From an uncultured Methanoregulaceae archaeon (lineage in GTDB: Archaea > Halobacteriota > Methanomicrobia > Methanomicrobiales > Methanospirillaceae), in NCBI GenBank assembly GCA_963701095.1, contig OY969564.1:2208001-2272000 (forward strand): 64,000 nt of DNA. The letters run 5' to 3'. Positions 10,205 to 21,375 of the stretch are shown here, one piece after another (position 1 is the first letter of the stretch; the number at the start of each line of letters is the position of its first letter). Both the position numbers and the translations under genes were made by a program. The notes under the pieces are model-generated. The model did no database searches. It saw only the letters and a program-made list of their open reading frames with translations, and was not told the origin of the DNA.

Positions 10205-10825
10205 ATGACGACCGTATATGATGTCCCGGCCGACGATCTTATCAGAAAGGTTGCCGAGGAGCTCAGGAAGCGGCAGGAGATCAAGCCGCCAGCATGGGCT
10301 GCCTTTGCAAAAACCGGGGTGCACAAGGAGATGCCCCCGGAAGACCCCGACTGGTGGTTCACCCGGGCAGCAGCAGTGCTGAGACGCGTCTACGTCGACG
10401 GCCCCCTGGGCGTCGAAAGGATGCGGAGTTTCTATGGAGGGAGTAAGAACCGCGGCTCAAGACCGAATGCTTTCCGGAAGGGCAGCGGTTCTATTCTCAG
10501 AAAAGCCCTCCAGCAGCTTGAAGCGGCGGGTTTTATCATTCATGACAAGACTGGCCGCAAAGTGTCCCCTGCTGGCATGGCATTTCTGGACAGTATGGCA
10601 AAAGACGTCCTTGCCAACCCTCCGGCACCGATCCCAAAACGGGTAAAACCGGTAGCCGAAGAGCCAAAGAAGGCAGAGACCAAGAAGACCAAAGGGGCAA
10701 AGGCCGAGAAGTCCGATGATGCAAAAGGCGATAAAAAGCCCGCTGCAAAGAAGGGCGAAGGCAAGAAAGCTGAAAAGCCCGAAGGTCATAAAGAAAAAGC
10801 TGAAGGCAAAAAGCCTGAAGCGTAA
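10205..10825 (+). CDS. rps19e: 30S ribosomal protein S19e with Lys/Glu/Ala-rich C-terminal extension
   Basis: TVYDVPA, PAWA.FAKTG.HKE.PP..DWW..RAA, GSGSI.RKALQQLE. Confidence 0.97.
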   Translation: MTTVYDVPADDLIRKVAEELRKRQEIKPPAWAAFAKTGVHKEMPPEDPDWWFTRAAAVLRRVYVDGPLGVERMRSFYGGSKNRGSRPNAFRKGSGSILRKALQQLEAAGFIIHDKTGRKVSPAGMAFLDSMAKDVLANPPAPIPKRVKPVAEEPKKAETKKTKGAKAEKSDDAKGDKKPAAKKGEGKKAEKPEGHKEKAEGKKPEA

Positions 10826-10839
10826 GTTGGTGACAATCC

Positions 10840-11178
10840 ATGGGAGACGATGAGCTGAGTGAAATCCGCAAAAGGAGGATGGCGCAACTCCAGCAACAGG
10901 CCGGCGACCAGCAGGCTATGCAGGAAGAAGCTGAACGCCAGCAGCGTCTCAAGTCCCAGATGCAGATGGTGCTTATGCAGATTCTCGAGCCCGATGCCCG
11001 TGAACGCCTGAACACCATCAAACTCACAAAACCGGACTTCGCAGCTGCCGTGGAACAACAGCTGGTGATGCTTGCCCAAAGCGGGCGCATCCAGCAGAAA
11101 ATCACCGATGCACAGTTAAAAGATCTGCTCCGGCAGCTTGCGCCGGCAAAACGGGATTACTCAATCACCAGAAAGTGA
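10840..11178 (+). CDS. PDCD5-like DNA-binding protein
   Basis: DELSEIRKRRMAQL, ARERL..IKL.KP, ITD.QLK.LL; conserved position after rps19e. Confidence 0.93.
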   Translation: MGDDELSEIRKRRMAQLQQQAGDQQAMQEEAERQQRLKSQMQMVLMQILEPDARERLNTIKLTKPDFAAAVEQQLVMLAQSGRIQQKITDAQLKDLLRQLAPAKRDYSITRK

Positions 11179-11780
11179 TGAAAGCAGGAGTGCTGTATAG
11201 CGGCGGGAAGGATAGTTCCCTTGCAGCGATAATGCTGGGTACGTATTACGAGGTTGAACTCAACACGTTTGTGTTCGACCCCGCCCGCTTAATTCCGACA
11301 ATAGAACTTGCCGCGCAGGTGCTGGGGTTCCCTTTGAGAAAACGGGTATTTCCCGAAGGAATGGCAGAAGAGATGGCAGATATGGTAATTTCATGCAGGT
11401 ATCCCAACGATGCAATCAACCGCATCCATAAAACTGCCATTGAGACCCTTGCCGGGGAGTATGAAGTCGTTGGCGATGGCACCAGGTTTGATGACCGGGT
11501 GCCAATGCTCTCCAGGGCAGAAGTGCAGAGTATCTGTGGCCGGTCTGGTAGCACGTACGTGCGTCCTCTTCTTGGCTACATGCGGTCCGAAGTCGACCGG
11601 CTGGTTGATCGGTTCCTCCTTGTGGAATACGGGGAGACCGGAGTAATCCAGAACGGCGATTACGAATCTGAGATCAGGGCGGCGATCCGTACCCGCGGAG
11701 CTGATCCCACCTCCCTGTTCCCCTCGCACCATGAGCAGTCGCTTGTGGTAGGAAGAAAAGAAGCAACAACAACAAGGTGA
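11175..11780 (+). CDS. PP-loop (AANH-like) ATPase family protein
   Basis: [27 protein letters not shown]; conserved position. Confidence 0.88.
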   Translation: MMKAGVLYSGGKDSSLAAIMLGTYYEVELNTFVFDPARLIPTIELAAQVLGFPLRKRVFPEGMAEEMADMVISCRYPNDAINRIHKTAIETLAGEYEVVGDGTRFDDRVPMLSRAEVQSICGRSGSTYVRPLLGYMRSEVDRLVDRFLLVEYGETGVIQNGDYESEIRAAIRTRGADPTSLFPSHHEQSLVVGRKEATTTR

Positions 11781-11785
11781 AGAAC

Positions 11786-11938
11786 ATGAGCAAGCTCAGT
11801 AAAGGAAGGAAGATCCGTCTGGCAAAGGCATGTGACCAGAACCGGCGTGTGCCTCAGTGGGTCATGATAAGGACGAAAAGGGCCGTCGTTTCCCACCCGA
11901 AAAGACGCAACTGGCGCAGAAGCACGTTAAAGGTGTAA
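11786..11938 (+). CDS. rpl39e: 50S ribosomal protein L39e (below ORF-track length cutoff)
   Basis: Manual translation [50 protein letters not shown]. Confidence 0.97.
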   Translation: MSKLSKGRKIRLAKACDQNRRVPQWVMIRTKRAVVSHPKRRNWRRSTLKV

Positions 11939-11942
11939 GATC

Positions 11943-12209
11943 ATGGCAGAACAGATGCAGGAACATGTCTATATTATCCCCCTCAGGGATGCGCGCAGGA
12001 TGCCCCGGTGGAAACGGGCTAATGGTGCGATTAAGGATATTCGCAAGTACCTTGCCAAGCATATGAAAACCGACAACGTCAAGCTTGACAAGACCATCAA
12101 TGAGAAGGTATGGAGCCGGGGAAGTGAAAAGCCGCCCTCAAAGATCCGTATCCGTGCCATGAAAATGGAAGACGGACAGGTCCAGGCGGAATTAGCCCCG
12201 GAATCGTAA
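11943..12209 (+). CDS. rpl31e: 50S ribosomal protein L31e
   Basis: YIIPLR, KRA..AIK.IR.YL.KHM, INE.VW.RG..KPP.KIR. Confidence 0.97.
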   Translation: MAEQMQEHVYIIPLRDARRMPRWKRANGAIKDIRKYLAKHMKTDNVKLDKTINEKVWSRGSEKPPSKIRIRAMKMEDGQVQAELAPES

Positions 12210-12213
12210 ATCT

Positions 12214-12876
12214 ATGGAACGTACAACTACATTTGACGGGGATCCAAATATCGGGGTTTTTGCCCGGGTAACCGGCGATATTGCTGTGATACCCCCGGAA
12301 GCACCGGAAGAGTTCCGGGCTGCACTCAGAGAAGCGCTCGGCGTCGAGCTGGTAATTACGACGATTCAGGGCAGCTCAATTATAGGTTCACTTGTCGCCG
12401 GGAATAGCCGGGGCCTCGTTGTTTCCGGCCTTGCAACTCAGGAAGAGCTCGCAGTGCTTGGGGAGTACCGTAAGGTCATGTCCCTGTCAGAAACTATGAA
12501 CGCGGCAGGTAACGTGATTATGGCAAACGATTCATTTGCTGCAGTTCATCCGGATCTTCCCGTTGACATCGCGTCAAAGATCGGAGAGTTTCTGGAAGTT
12601 GAAGTGATCCATATAACTCTCGGCGGTATCCGGACAGTCGGTATGGCCGGTGTAGCATCTAACAAGGGTGTAATTGTGCACCCTCGTGCGACGGCTCAGG
12701 AGATAGCACGACTCGAAGCGGTGGCAAAAGTTCCGGTTGGTACCGGCACGATTAATATGGGCAGCGGTCTTGTCGGCACCGGGGTTCTCGTAAACGATAC
12801 GGGATACTTAGCCGGTAATGCGACAAGCGGGTTTGAACTGGGAAGGATCGAGGACGTATTCGGATTTATGGAGTGA
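12214..12876 (+). CDS. eif6: Translation initiation factor 6
   Basis: [36 protein letters not shown]. Confidence 0.96.
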   Translation: MERTTTFDGDPNIGVFARVTGDIAVIPPEAPEEFRAALREALGVELVITTIQGSSIIGSLVAGNSRGLVVSGLATQEELAVLGEYRKVMSLSETMNAAGNVIMANDSFAAVHPDLPVDIASKIGEFLEVEVIHITLGGIRTVGMAGVASNKGVIVHPRATAQEIARLEAVAKVPVGTGTINMGSGLVGTGVLVNDTGYLAGNATSGFELGRIEDVFGFME

Positions 12877-12881
12877 GTATT

Positions 12882-13076
12882 ATGGCAGAGGAGCAGAAAT
12901 TTGAAGTGAAAGGAACCTTTCTGATGGGTGAAGACTGGATGCCCTACACGAAAGTTGTTGATGCACCAAATGAAAAACAGGCCGAGGAACGCACCTTTGC
13001 GGTTATCGGCAGCAAACATAACTTAAAGAGACGTTATATAAAAATTTCCGGTGTTTCTCCGGTAAAAACGAAGTAA
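12882..13076 (+). CDS. rpl18a: 50S ribosomal protein L18Ae (LX/L20a)
   Basis: FEVKG, KVV.APNE..A.E, GSKHNLKR..I.I; follows eif6. Confidence 0.93.
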   Translation: MAEEQKFEVKGTFLMGEDWMPYTKVVDAPNEKQAEERTFAVIGSKHNLKRRYIKISGVSPVKTK

Positions 13077-13077
13077 C

Positions 13078-13086
13078 TTTTTTTTT
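13078..13086 (+). terminator. Oligo-T tract, probable archaeal terminator of the rps19e-rpl18a cluster
   Basis: T run starting two bases after the rpl18a stop. Confidence 0.6.
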
Positions 13087-13385
13087 AAACCGACGGGGGT
13101 GATCCGAAAGATTCGGGAACCCTATTCAGCATTTCCGGATCTATTACATACGTATTCCCAAATTTTGTTTCAAGAGAAGAAACTCGTATGGAGAAAACGT
13201 TTTGACGTCATGATAATGAGGTGATTAGGTAACTCTCCACAATAAACAATTTTCATATGTTTGATATTTGACGAATGAATTCAACGTTTAATTAGACATT
13301 TTGTAACACGTCTATCACCGAAAATCGAGACAGACTATGACCATAAATAGGGAATAAAACAAAGTTACCAAAGAGGAGAAAATGG

Positions 13386-15200
13386 ATGATTGAACGGGCA
13401 AAAATCCTCATCATAGAAGATGAGTCCATTGTTGCAGAGGACTTAAAAGAAGTTCTGGAAAAAAAAGGATACGTTGTTCCGGGAACATTGTCTTCTGGCG
13501 AGGAGGCCCTTGAAGTCGTCGGTACCTGCCATCCCGATTTGATCCTGATGGATATCAGCCTCAGTGGCAGACTCGATGGTATCGAGACCGCAAAAAGAAT
13601 CCATGAAAAATACAATATTCCGATTATTTATCTCACCAGTTATTCATCAGAAGGATATATTGAAAGCGCCAAGCAGACTGATCCCTATGGATATATTGTA
13701 AAACCCTTCGATCCTCCCTCCATTTCAACGACTATTGAGATTGCACTTCACAAATATGCAATTGACACCAGAAACAAGATCAGCCTTGACACATACCGGT
13801 TTATTGCAGAGTATACGTCAAGCTGGGAGATGTGGCTGGATGCTTCCGGGAACCCGTTGTATGTCTCGCCTTCGTGCGAACGTATTACGGGGTACAAACC
13901 GGCCGAAATTATTACACATCCCCGTTTGCTGCAGGATATGGTTTTTTCAGAAGATCGCCAGATCTATGCGGATCATGTTGGGTGTGCAGTTGGTTCTCAG
14001 AACCATAGTGATACGGTTAATTTCCGGATTGTGACAAGGAGCGGAGATGTCCGGTGGATAGGTCATTCCTGCATACAAATCAGGGACAAGCAGGGTTCAG
14101 TTATCGGTAAAAGGATCAGCAACGCCGATATCACGTCAGAACAGGAACAGATCCACGATTTTGCCCTTGCCTTCCAGGAAAGCAATGAACGGTTTCTCTT
14201 ATTAACGGAGACTATGGCAGATACAATAATTTTCGTTTACGACGAAGCACATGGTCTTGAATATATTAACCGCAAGGGGGCGTCTCTCTTAGGAAAAAGT
14301 CCGGATGAGCTGCTCACGAAAAAGATACCGGATCTTTTTGAACCAAAAATCGCAAAAAACGCCGAAAATATCCTTGAAAATTTCTTTGCGACAGGAAAAC
14401 CCTCCTTTGTAGAACACTCGTATATGAGGCGCCCTGGTGATGAATTGTTCTTTGAAACCTGGCTCTTTTCCCTTGACCAGAAAAGTAAAAAAACCAGGAA
14501 GGTCTGGGGGCTCATGCATGATATTTCTGGTAAAAAGAGGGCAGAGAGGAATCTTCTGGAATCTCTCAAAGAAAAAGATGTCATGCTCAAGGAGATTCAT
14601 CACCGGGTAAAAAACAATCTCCAGCAGGTTGCAAGTCTGCTCTATCTCCAGGAAATCCGAGGAAACAATACGGATATTGTTAGTGCTTTGCACGAAAGCC
14701 GTGACCGGATTTTTTCCATGGCCCTTGTCCATGAGATTTTAATAGCATCAGAAAACCTTTCACAGATAAATCTCGCGACGTATCTTTCCAGTCTTGTCCA
14801 GCATATCGAGGGATCATACGGTATTTTGGCCGACAAGGTCAAGGTAACCATGAACGTTGACCCGGCCATTGCCCTAACTCTTGATGAGTGCATTCCCTGC
14901 GGACTTATTATCAACGAACTGGTTTCGAATTCCATGAAGCATGCCTTCCTCCCGGAGGTAAAGGGAGAAATATTCATTCGCGTGTCCAGCACCGAACAGA
15001 CGTGTACCCTTATCATTGGCGATAACGGGCGCGGTCTTCCTTCATCAGCGGATGTGGCGCGTGCCGGATCCCTGGGACTCCAGCTTGTTAACCGTTTGGT
15101 ACACCAGTTAAACGGATCGATAAGTGTAGCGGGGGAGCACGGGACGGTCTATACTATTACATTTCCCATGAATCTGCCCGGACGTGGCGAATATTTGTAA
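13386..15200 (+). CDS. Hybrid sensor kinase: REC-PAS-PAS-HisKA_2-HATPase
   Basis: ILIIEDE..PDLILMDI receiver; YVSPS.ERITGY PAS; EIHHRVKNNLQ; NELVSNS.KHAF, DNGRG, SLGL. Confidence 0.93.
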   Translation: MIERAKILIIEDESIVAEDLKEVLEKKGYVVPGTLSSGEEALEVVGTCHPDLILMDISLSGRLDGIETAKRIHEKYNIPIIYLTSYSSEGYIESAKQTDPYGYIVKPFDPPSISTTIEIALHKYAIDTRNKISLDTYRFIAEYTSSWEMWLDASGNPLYVSPSCERITGYKPAEIITHPRLLQDMVFSEDRQIYADHVGCAVGSQNHSDTVNFRIVTRSGDVRWIGHSCIQIRDKQGSVIGKRISNADITSEQEQIHDFALAFQESNERFLLLTETMADTIIFVYDEAHGLEYINRKGASLLGKSPDELLTKKIPDLFEPKIAKNAENILENFFATGKPSFVEHSYMRRPGDELFFETWLFSLDQKSKKTRKVWGLMHDISGKKRAERNLLESLKEKDVMLKEIHHRVKNNLQQVASLLYLQEIRGNNTDIVSALHESRDRIFSMALVHEILIASENLSQINLATYLSSLVQHIEGSYGILADKVKVTMNVDPAIALTLDECIPCGLIINELVSNSMKHAFLPEVKGEIFIRVSSTEQTCTLIIGDNGRGLPSSADVARAGSLGLQLVNRLVHQLNGSISVAGEHGTVYTITFPMNLPGRGEYL

Positions 15201-15232
15201 AACTCTTTTTTTTGGATGAACCAAGGTATTAT

Positions 15233-16721
15233 TCAGATCATCCCCGGCCCGATTTCACCCGATTCATCCTTGTAATCTGGGTTGATTTCCTGATGAATCA
15301 CCAGTGTCAGGATGAGAATAATAATACCCAGGATAAATGAGCCCAGAAATGCAAGATCGAACCCTGCGGTTAATACCTGGACCTTCAGACTGGCCGGCGA
15401 TTGCATCGTTACGTTATGATTCGTCGCAATCGTCAGGATCCCCCACAAAAAGATCATATTGAAAAGGGCAATTCCTAGGGTAAGAGGGGCAAACCGTTCG
15501 AGGCTGGTGAGACTTGAGATCATGCCCTGCTTTGTCTTCGCTACGGCCTCCATCACCATATTCGATGCCGGTGTTATCACAAATCCCAGGCCAAAACCGA
15601 TGAGCGCTAAGTCTGACGACAACATACAAAACCGGGGTTTCGGGCCTGAGCTGCATCACTAGGAAATACCCTGCGGAAAGGCAGATCCCGGCCAGGATAC
15701 ACAATCGCTTCGGCCCGACCCGGTTATAGAAAATCCCGGAAAGGATGCCGGCGGCCATCATAGCAAAGGAGAGTGAAGTCATAATGAGTCCGGCGGTCGA
15801 GGTATCGAATAAGCGGACATACTTGAGATAGAATGGCAGGAGATAGTTGATGCCTGCGAAACTGAAAAAAACGAGCGAGAGCAGGAGGTTTAAGAAAAGA
15901 AAATTCTTGTTCTTAAAAAGTCTGAGATCAAGGAGTGGATCATTTGTCCGGAGCTCATGAACGACAAACCAGCCCAGGGTTACCAGTACGAGGAGGGTAA
16001 GACCTAGAATGATAGGCGAAGTCCACCCCATGGTATCGCCCTCAGAGACCACAAAAAGAAGGGATGCGAGCCCGGTAAATACGAGAATGGCACCTGCCCG
16101 GTCAAATCCGTCAAGGGTTCCTTTACTGATCGATGCAGGAATCACCTTCGCTCCGAGTACGACAGCGACTATTCCTACAGGTACGTTAATAAAAAATATC
16201 CAGTGCCATGAGAGGTACTGGGTCAGAAATCCACCGATGGTCGGTCCGAGTGCCGTCCCGAGAGCGGCGAGGGTCATTACGATTCCCATCGCACTGCCTT
16301 TCTTTTCCATGGGGATGAACGCGGTAACCATTGCGGGAGCAATTGCAGTCATCATTGCACCACCGACTGCCTGTACCATGCGTGAGCCAACCAGTACATT
16401 AAGCGAATTAAACATGTCGGGGAGTGTCCCACAGGCAAATGAACCGAGGGTAAAGATAATAAAACCGGAAAGAAACACCCGCTTGAAACCAATAATATCG
16501 GAAATCTTGCCAAACACAAGCACGCAGCCGGCCATAACGAGGAGATAAGCTGTGGCCACCCAGCTGACTGTCGTCGAAGAGACATTGAATGCCTGCGATA
16601 TTGTCGGGAGAGCGATGTTTACGATGGTGCCATCAAGCCCCGCCATAAACGTGGCAAGCGAAATGGATACAACAAGAAGGAGGAAACCGGTGTTGTCGGT
16701 GCTTTTTTCAACATCACTCAT
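15233..16721 (-). CDS. DHA2 (EmrB/QacA-like) MFS efflux transporter, split by a +1 indel at about 15612
   Basis: LDGTIVNIALP, GKISD.IG.KR, WHWIFFINVPVG; C-terminal TMs continue in ORF 15233..15625 (LALIGFGLG). Confidence 0.9.
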
Positions 16722-16785
16722 AGCAAGATGTTACTTACCCAAATGTGAAGAGAATTGCGGTTTGGATCTAAAAAAAGAGTATTTT

Positions 16786-18213
16786 TCAGTTTGCCGGTGG
16801 CGAAACTTTCCACGAGGCTTTCCTGTACTTTAAAAATACCAGTGGGGGAACCGCGAGGAGGAATGTACCCACAAGAACGGACACAACGTACACCGGACCA
16901 TTGGAGAAGAACGACGGGGGCATCAGTCCAACAATAAAGGTGAAAATGACACCGAATGCGCCAAGTCCCCCTACGATCCAGATACCGACCATACCCCCGG
17001 GGATCTTGAACGGCCGGGGGGTATCCGGCTGGCTGTACCGAAGCTGAATAAGCGCTGCAAAGACGAGCAGGTAGACAATGGCAAGGAGTTCTGTGGTAAT
17101 TGCCGACAGGAGCCAGTACGCCGCGTTTACGGAAGGGAGGAACACGTAGAGCAGCGAGATAATCGAACCGATAACTGCCTGCATGATGAGGATTGCCACC
17201 GGTGCACCGTGTTTGTTTGTTTTATTGAAGATCGGTGGCATATTCCCGTCATCTGCAACAACACCAAGACCTTTTGCCGGCCCAATAAGCCATGCTGCCA
17301 AAAGGACGATGCCACCGACGGTTATAAGAAGAGCCATAGGAGTGACAAGACCCGGCATACCAAAGGAGACAAAGAAGAACTGGATCGCCTGCATGACACC
17401 GGATGCAAGGTTAAGCTTGCTCGCCGGGATCACAAAAGCGATCGCAAGGGTGGCAAATACCGTGCATAAAAAGATGATAATAGCGGAAAGTGCCATGGCC
17501 CGTGGATAATCTCTCTGGGGATTTTTGGTTTCAAGGGCATGGAACCCGGCCATCTCCATGCCGGAAAAGAGCAGGACGATGGTTGCAAAGAACGGTAAGG
17601 TTGAAAGCGTGATGTTCGGGACTATTGCCCCCAGGGAAAAGGGAGGCAGCACCGTTGTCGATCCACCTGCGATCCATATCATGCCAAGGGCAATGATGAG
17701 CACAGCCGGGACAATCCCGCCGAGGACAACCCCCACATTGGAAAACTTGTTAGTGAGCTCGGGATCTGAAAGGGCAATAATGGTTGTTCCCCAGAACGCG
17801 GCCATCATTACCGTAAACATATACATCGGGTTATTAGCGAGCGTTGGCGTGAGTGCGAAAGCAAGAGTCGAGGCTATGAACGCGAGAACAGTCGGGAACC
17901 AGACCAGGTTGTTCGACCACTCACAGAAGATCGCGGTAAATCCGCCTTTGTCTCCAAAGGCCCGTTTCACCCAGGCATAGATACCTCCGCCTTCCGGCCA
18001 ACCGGTAGCAAGTTCAGCCCCGGCAAGCGAAATAGGGATAAGAAAAAGGATCGTGCCGATGATGTACCATCCGATACTTGACCAGCCATATTCTGCCATT
18101 GAAGGAAAATTCCTGATACTTAATACGGCAGCGACGTTGATCATGGCAAGGGTAAAGACCCCTAATATCTTTTTCTTTGGGAGCCCTGTCGATAATTCCT
18201 TATTTTCACTCAT
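16786..18213 (-). CDS. APC-family amino acid permease/antiporter (GadC-like)
   Basis: LAMINVAAVLSIRN.P, AELATGWPE.GGIY.WV, GMEM..H, NPQRDYP; ATG overlaps the restored decarboxylase stop. Confidence 0.92.
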   Translation of the reverse strand: MSENKELSTGLPKKKILGVFTLAMINVAAVLSIRNFPSMAEYGWSSIGWYIIGTILFLIPISLAGAELATGWPEGGGIYAWVKRAFGDKGGFTAIFCEWSNNLVWFPTVLAFIASTLAFALTPTLANNPMYMFTVMMAAFWGTTIIALSDPELTNKFSNVGVVLGGIVPAVLIIALGMIWIAGGSTTVLPPFSLGAIVPNITLSTLPFFATIVLLFSGMEMAGFHALETKNPQRDYPRAMALSAIIIFLCTVFATLAIAFVIPASKLNLASGVMQAIQFFFVSFGMPGLVTPMALLITVGGIVLLAAWLIGPAKGLGVVADDGNMPPIFNKTNKHGAPVAILIMQAVIGSIISLLYVFLPSVNAAYWLLSAITTELLAIVYLLVFAALIQLRYSQPDTPRPFKIPGGMVGIWIVGGLGAFGVIFTFIVGLMPPSFFSNGPVYVVSVLVGTFLLAVPPLVFLKYRKASWKVSPPAN

Positions 18214-20555
18214 GGGTGTTTCACCTTTTTACTTTCCGCTTCCTTAAGACAATACATCATGTACTTCCCGTTGACGTTCTCGATGCCATGGATATCGTGC
18301 GAAAATCCCGGGAACGTGTTATCGAAATTCTGGAGGACTATCAGGGTACTGAAGGACAGGACCAGAAAGTTTCCCGGTTTTCTCTCCGGGTGCGAGCAGA
18401 GGTATCCCTGGCGGGTAGGGGACGATACCGGTCGCCACGATCCTACCTCCAGATTGTTCGACAGGAATATATTCGACCTTGTTTTTCACCAGCTTTGCGA
18501 AAGTATCTGCATACGTCCGTGCCGGTTCCGGCAGGGTCGCATATGCCTCTCCGAGCAGCTCGCACATCCTGTTCTCTTTTTTGAATTCGTGCATTTCCCT
18601 AACGAGGTCCTGGAGCGTTTTTCCTGCATACCGGTCGGGGCATCCGGTTGTAAGATCGGGAAAAATCTCTTCAAGAGGGGCATTTTCTGTGTACAATCGT
18701 TTGAACTCGAAAAGCTCGGTTACAAGCGTTCCCCATTTCCCCTTGGTAATGCCCATAGAGAATAAAAACAGGATGGAATAGTCCCCGGACTTCTCATTCA
18801 CAATTCCCCTGGTATCCAGGAATTTTACCACGATTGCCGCCGGGATACCCCAGTCAGCGAGCGAACCGTCGTCGTTAACCCCTGGCATAAGTACGGTGAC
18901 CTTGATGGGGTCAAGCATGCAGTAATTGTCAGGCAAACCGGAAAACCCGTGCCATTTTTCTCCCGGATGAAGGACCCAGGCCGAAGGCGTTTCCCGGAGC
19001 AGATCGATCGGTGCATCCTGGAAGAGGATCTTCTTTTTCGTTTTGGGGTCAGTGACCGTCTCCGGCTGCCACATGCCAAACCACCAGTCTTTGGACTTTC
19101 CTTTTCCCTGGCCTTCGATCTCACACTTAACCCGTGCCATTGTTCGCCTGAACCGGATTGCTTCCTCGATTGAATCGGTCGTCAGCACTCTTCCCGGTGC
19201 TCCATCCATCATTTTTGTAGAGATATCAAGAGACGCGATTATTGTGTAGAGCGGAGACGTGGAACTATGCATCATAAAGCCCTCGTTGAACCGGGAATGT
19301 TCTATGGGGATGCGGCCGTTCCTGACATGCACCATTGATGCCTGGGAGAGAGCGGCGAGCAGCTTATGGGTTGATTGTGTGGCAAATACCGTAGGCCCTT
19401 TTTCATCTTTAGCGCCGTCCCGCATCGCGAACCGGTCCCGGTACAGCGGGTTGAACCGTGCATACGCATACCAGGCTTCATCGAAATGAATACTGTCGAC
19501 GCTTTTTCCAAGGAGCGTTTCGACGTCTTTTGCGTGGTAACAGAGACCATCGTAGGTTGAGTTTGTGATGATCACATGCACGGGCTTTGTCTCCTCTAAT
19601 CCCTTCGTGAGGGGGCAGGCTGCAGTTTTTGCCCTGATTGCTGTCGGTGTCATCTCTGATGGCGGAATGGGGCCAATGATACCGTACCGGTTTCTTGTCG
19701 GCATAAGATAGACTGCCACCGAATGAGTCATCGTTAGTGCATGTTCGCTCGATTTGTGGCAGTTCCGGTCAACGAGCACGATATCGTCTTTTGTCACACT
19801 GCCAAAGAATACTATTTTGTTTGCCGTCGACGTACCGTTTGTTACAAAATAGGTCTGGTCTGCACCAAAAACTTTGGCTGCATACCGCTCAGCCTCGCCT
19901 ACCGGCCCTGAGTGGTCGAGCAACGATCCGACTCCCCAACCGAGATAGAGAGATCGGAACGGAAAAGTTGTTCCCCGAAAAAGGAATGGAACACTCGCCC
20001 GGCCGGTGATTTTAAGAATGCTATTCCTCCCGCGTGCCCCGGAGTATGCCAGGAATATTCAAAATCCTTTGAGAACTTTACCAGCTCGCCGAAAAACGGT
20101 GGAAGAAGATGTTCGCGGTACCGGCGTGCTGCCGCACTGATCCTTCCTGCGATAAATTCTGGTGTATCTTCCATCACCCAGATGTATTCATTGATCTCCT
20201 TGACCATCTCCATGGTGAGTTCAACGGGAGCTGCATTCGTTGGCTCACCCATGAGGAAAATGGGGATCTTTTCATTGATCTCACGAATTTGCTGGATGAG
20301 CCGTTGCGTATCTTTATGCCGTTTGGCAGAACAGCCGCCGACATTCCAGTTGACCAGGATACAGTCAACCCAGGAGAGTCCGGAATAAGCCGCCCGTGCA
20401 TCTTCCGGGGATGCTACACTGGCTATCTGGATACCATCCTTTCGGATTTCTTCCATTATACGGGAAATAGCTCTTCCCTGCGGGGTGTCTGTAGCATGCA
20501 TATCATCGACAATAGCGACACGCATCTGTTCTTTTTGGTTGAGATTTTCTGTCAT
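18210..20555 (-). CDS. PLP-dependent Orn/Lys/Arg decarboxylase (AdiA/LdcI-type with N-terminal wing domain), split by indels at about 19932 and 18345
   Basis: WHTPGHAGG, RSDLSISV|GELGSLLDHSGP (restored), NGTSTAN, DRNCHKS, HFDEAW, STHKLL, PYPPGIP; restored end FPGFSHDIHG..YCLKE..KHP with stop at 18210. Confidence 0.92.
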
Positions 20556-20889
20556 AGATAACTCCGGGGTGATGGATTATACCGGCTTCCCTTTCACCAA
20601 ACCGGATCGTCCACCAAGAAAGGTCTGAATATAACGGCTCTATTTACGTCAGTTAATTAACCTTCCCATTTTTACATCGCAATTTTGCCTGATCTCTTAA
20701 AGAAATGTCAATGTTTTGGTTTTCCTATTCTATACACATGTACAAGAAAAGAGGAGTATTCTATGAATTCTGAAATGAACGGCAACAACGGTTTTTGAAT
20801 ATACTCTATAATGATGTATTTATGATCCCTGCGGACAAACATATCAGAAAGATCCTGTTACCCGCATAGATGTTAAGGAGGCAATAATC

Positions 20890-21375
20890 TTGGCACAAGC
20901 ACTACCTATGGACCAGCGCGAAATTGAAACGCTCCAGTACTACCTGAAAGAATATGGACAGCAGGCCGAAGTATTTGCCGGCCAGCTCGAACTTATGGAG
21001 AACGGGCGCATGGAGGCCCTTGCCGCAATTGAGGCACTTAATGCACTTGTCGCGTCAGATGATGGTACTGTACTCCTTCAGATAGGAGGCGGGGCCAGCC
21101 TGAGAGCAAAGGTTCTCAACCCGGAAAAAGTGCTCCTCAATATCGGATCTGAAGTTATTGTTGAGAAGACAAACCCGGATGCAGTGGAGTATCTCAAAGA
21201 CCGGATCACCGAAATGGAAGCCTCCCAAAAGAAAGTAGCCGAGGCTTTGGAAAAACTTCGTGCCCAGATGAACGAGATAGCAAAACGGCTCGAACAGGGA
21301 TACCGTCAGGCATCAGTACCGGAGAGCCCGGCCGCCCACCGCCATGCTCACGAAGATAATGATGAAGAAGAGTGA
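20890..21375 (+). CDS. pfdA: Prefoldin subunit alpha
   Basis: Coiled coils around VLLQIGGG and KVLLNIGSEVIVEK; precedes ftsY. Confidence 0.93.
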   Translation: MAQALPMDQREIETLQYYLKEYGQQAEVFAGQLELMENGRMEALAAIEALNALVASDDGTVLLQIGGGASLRAKVLNPEKVLLNIGSEVIVEKTNPDAVEYLKDRITEMEASQKKVAEALEKLRAQMNEIAKRLEQGYRQASVPESPAAHRHAHEDNDEEE

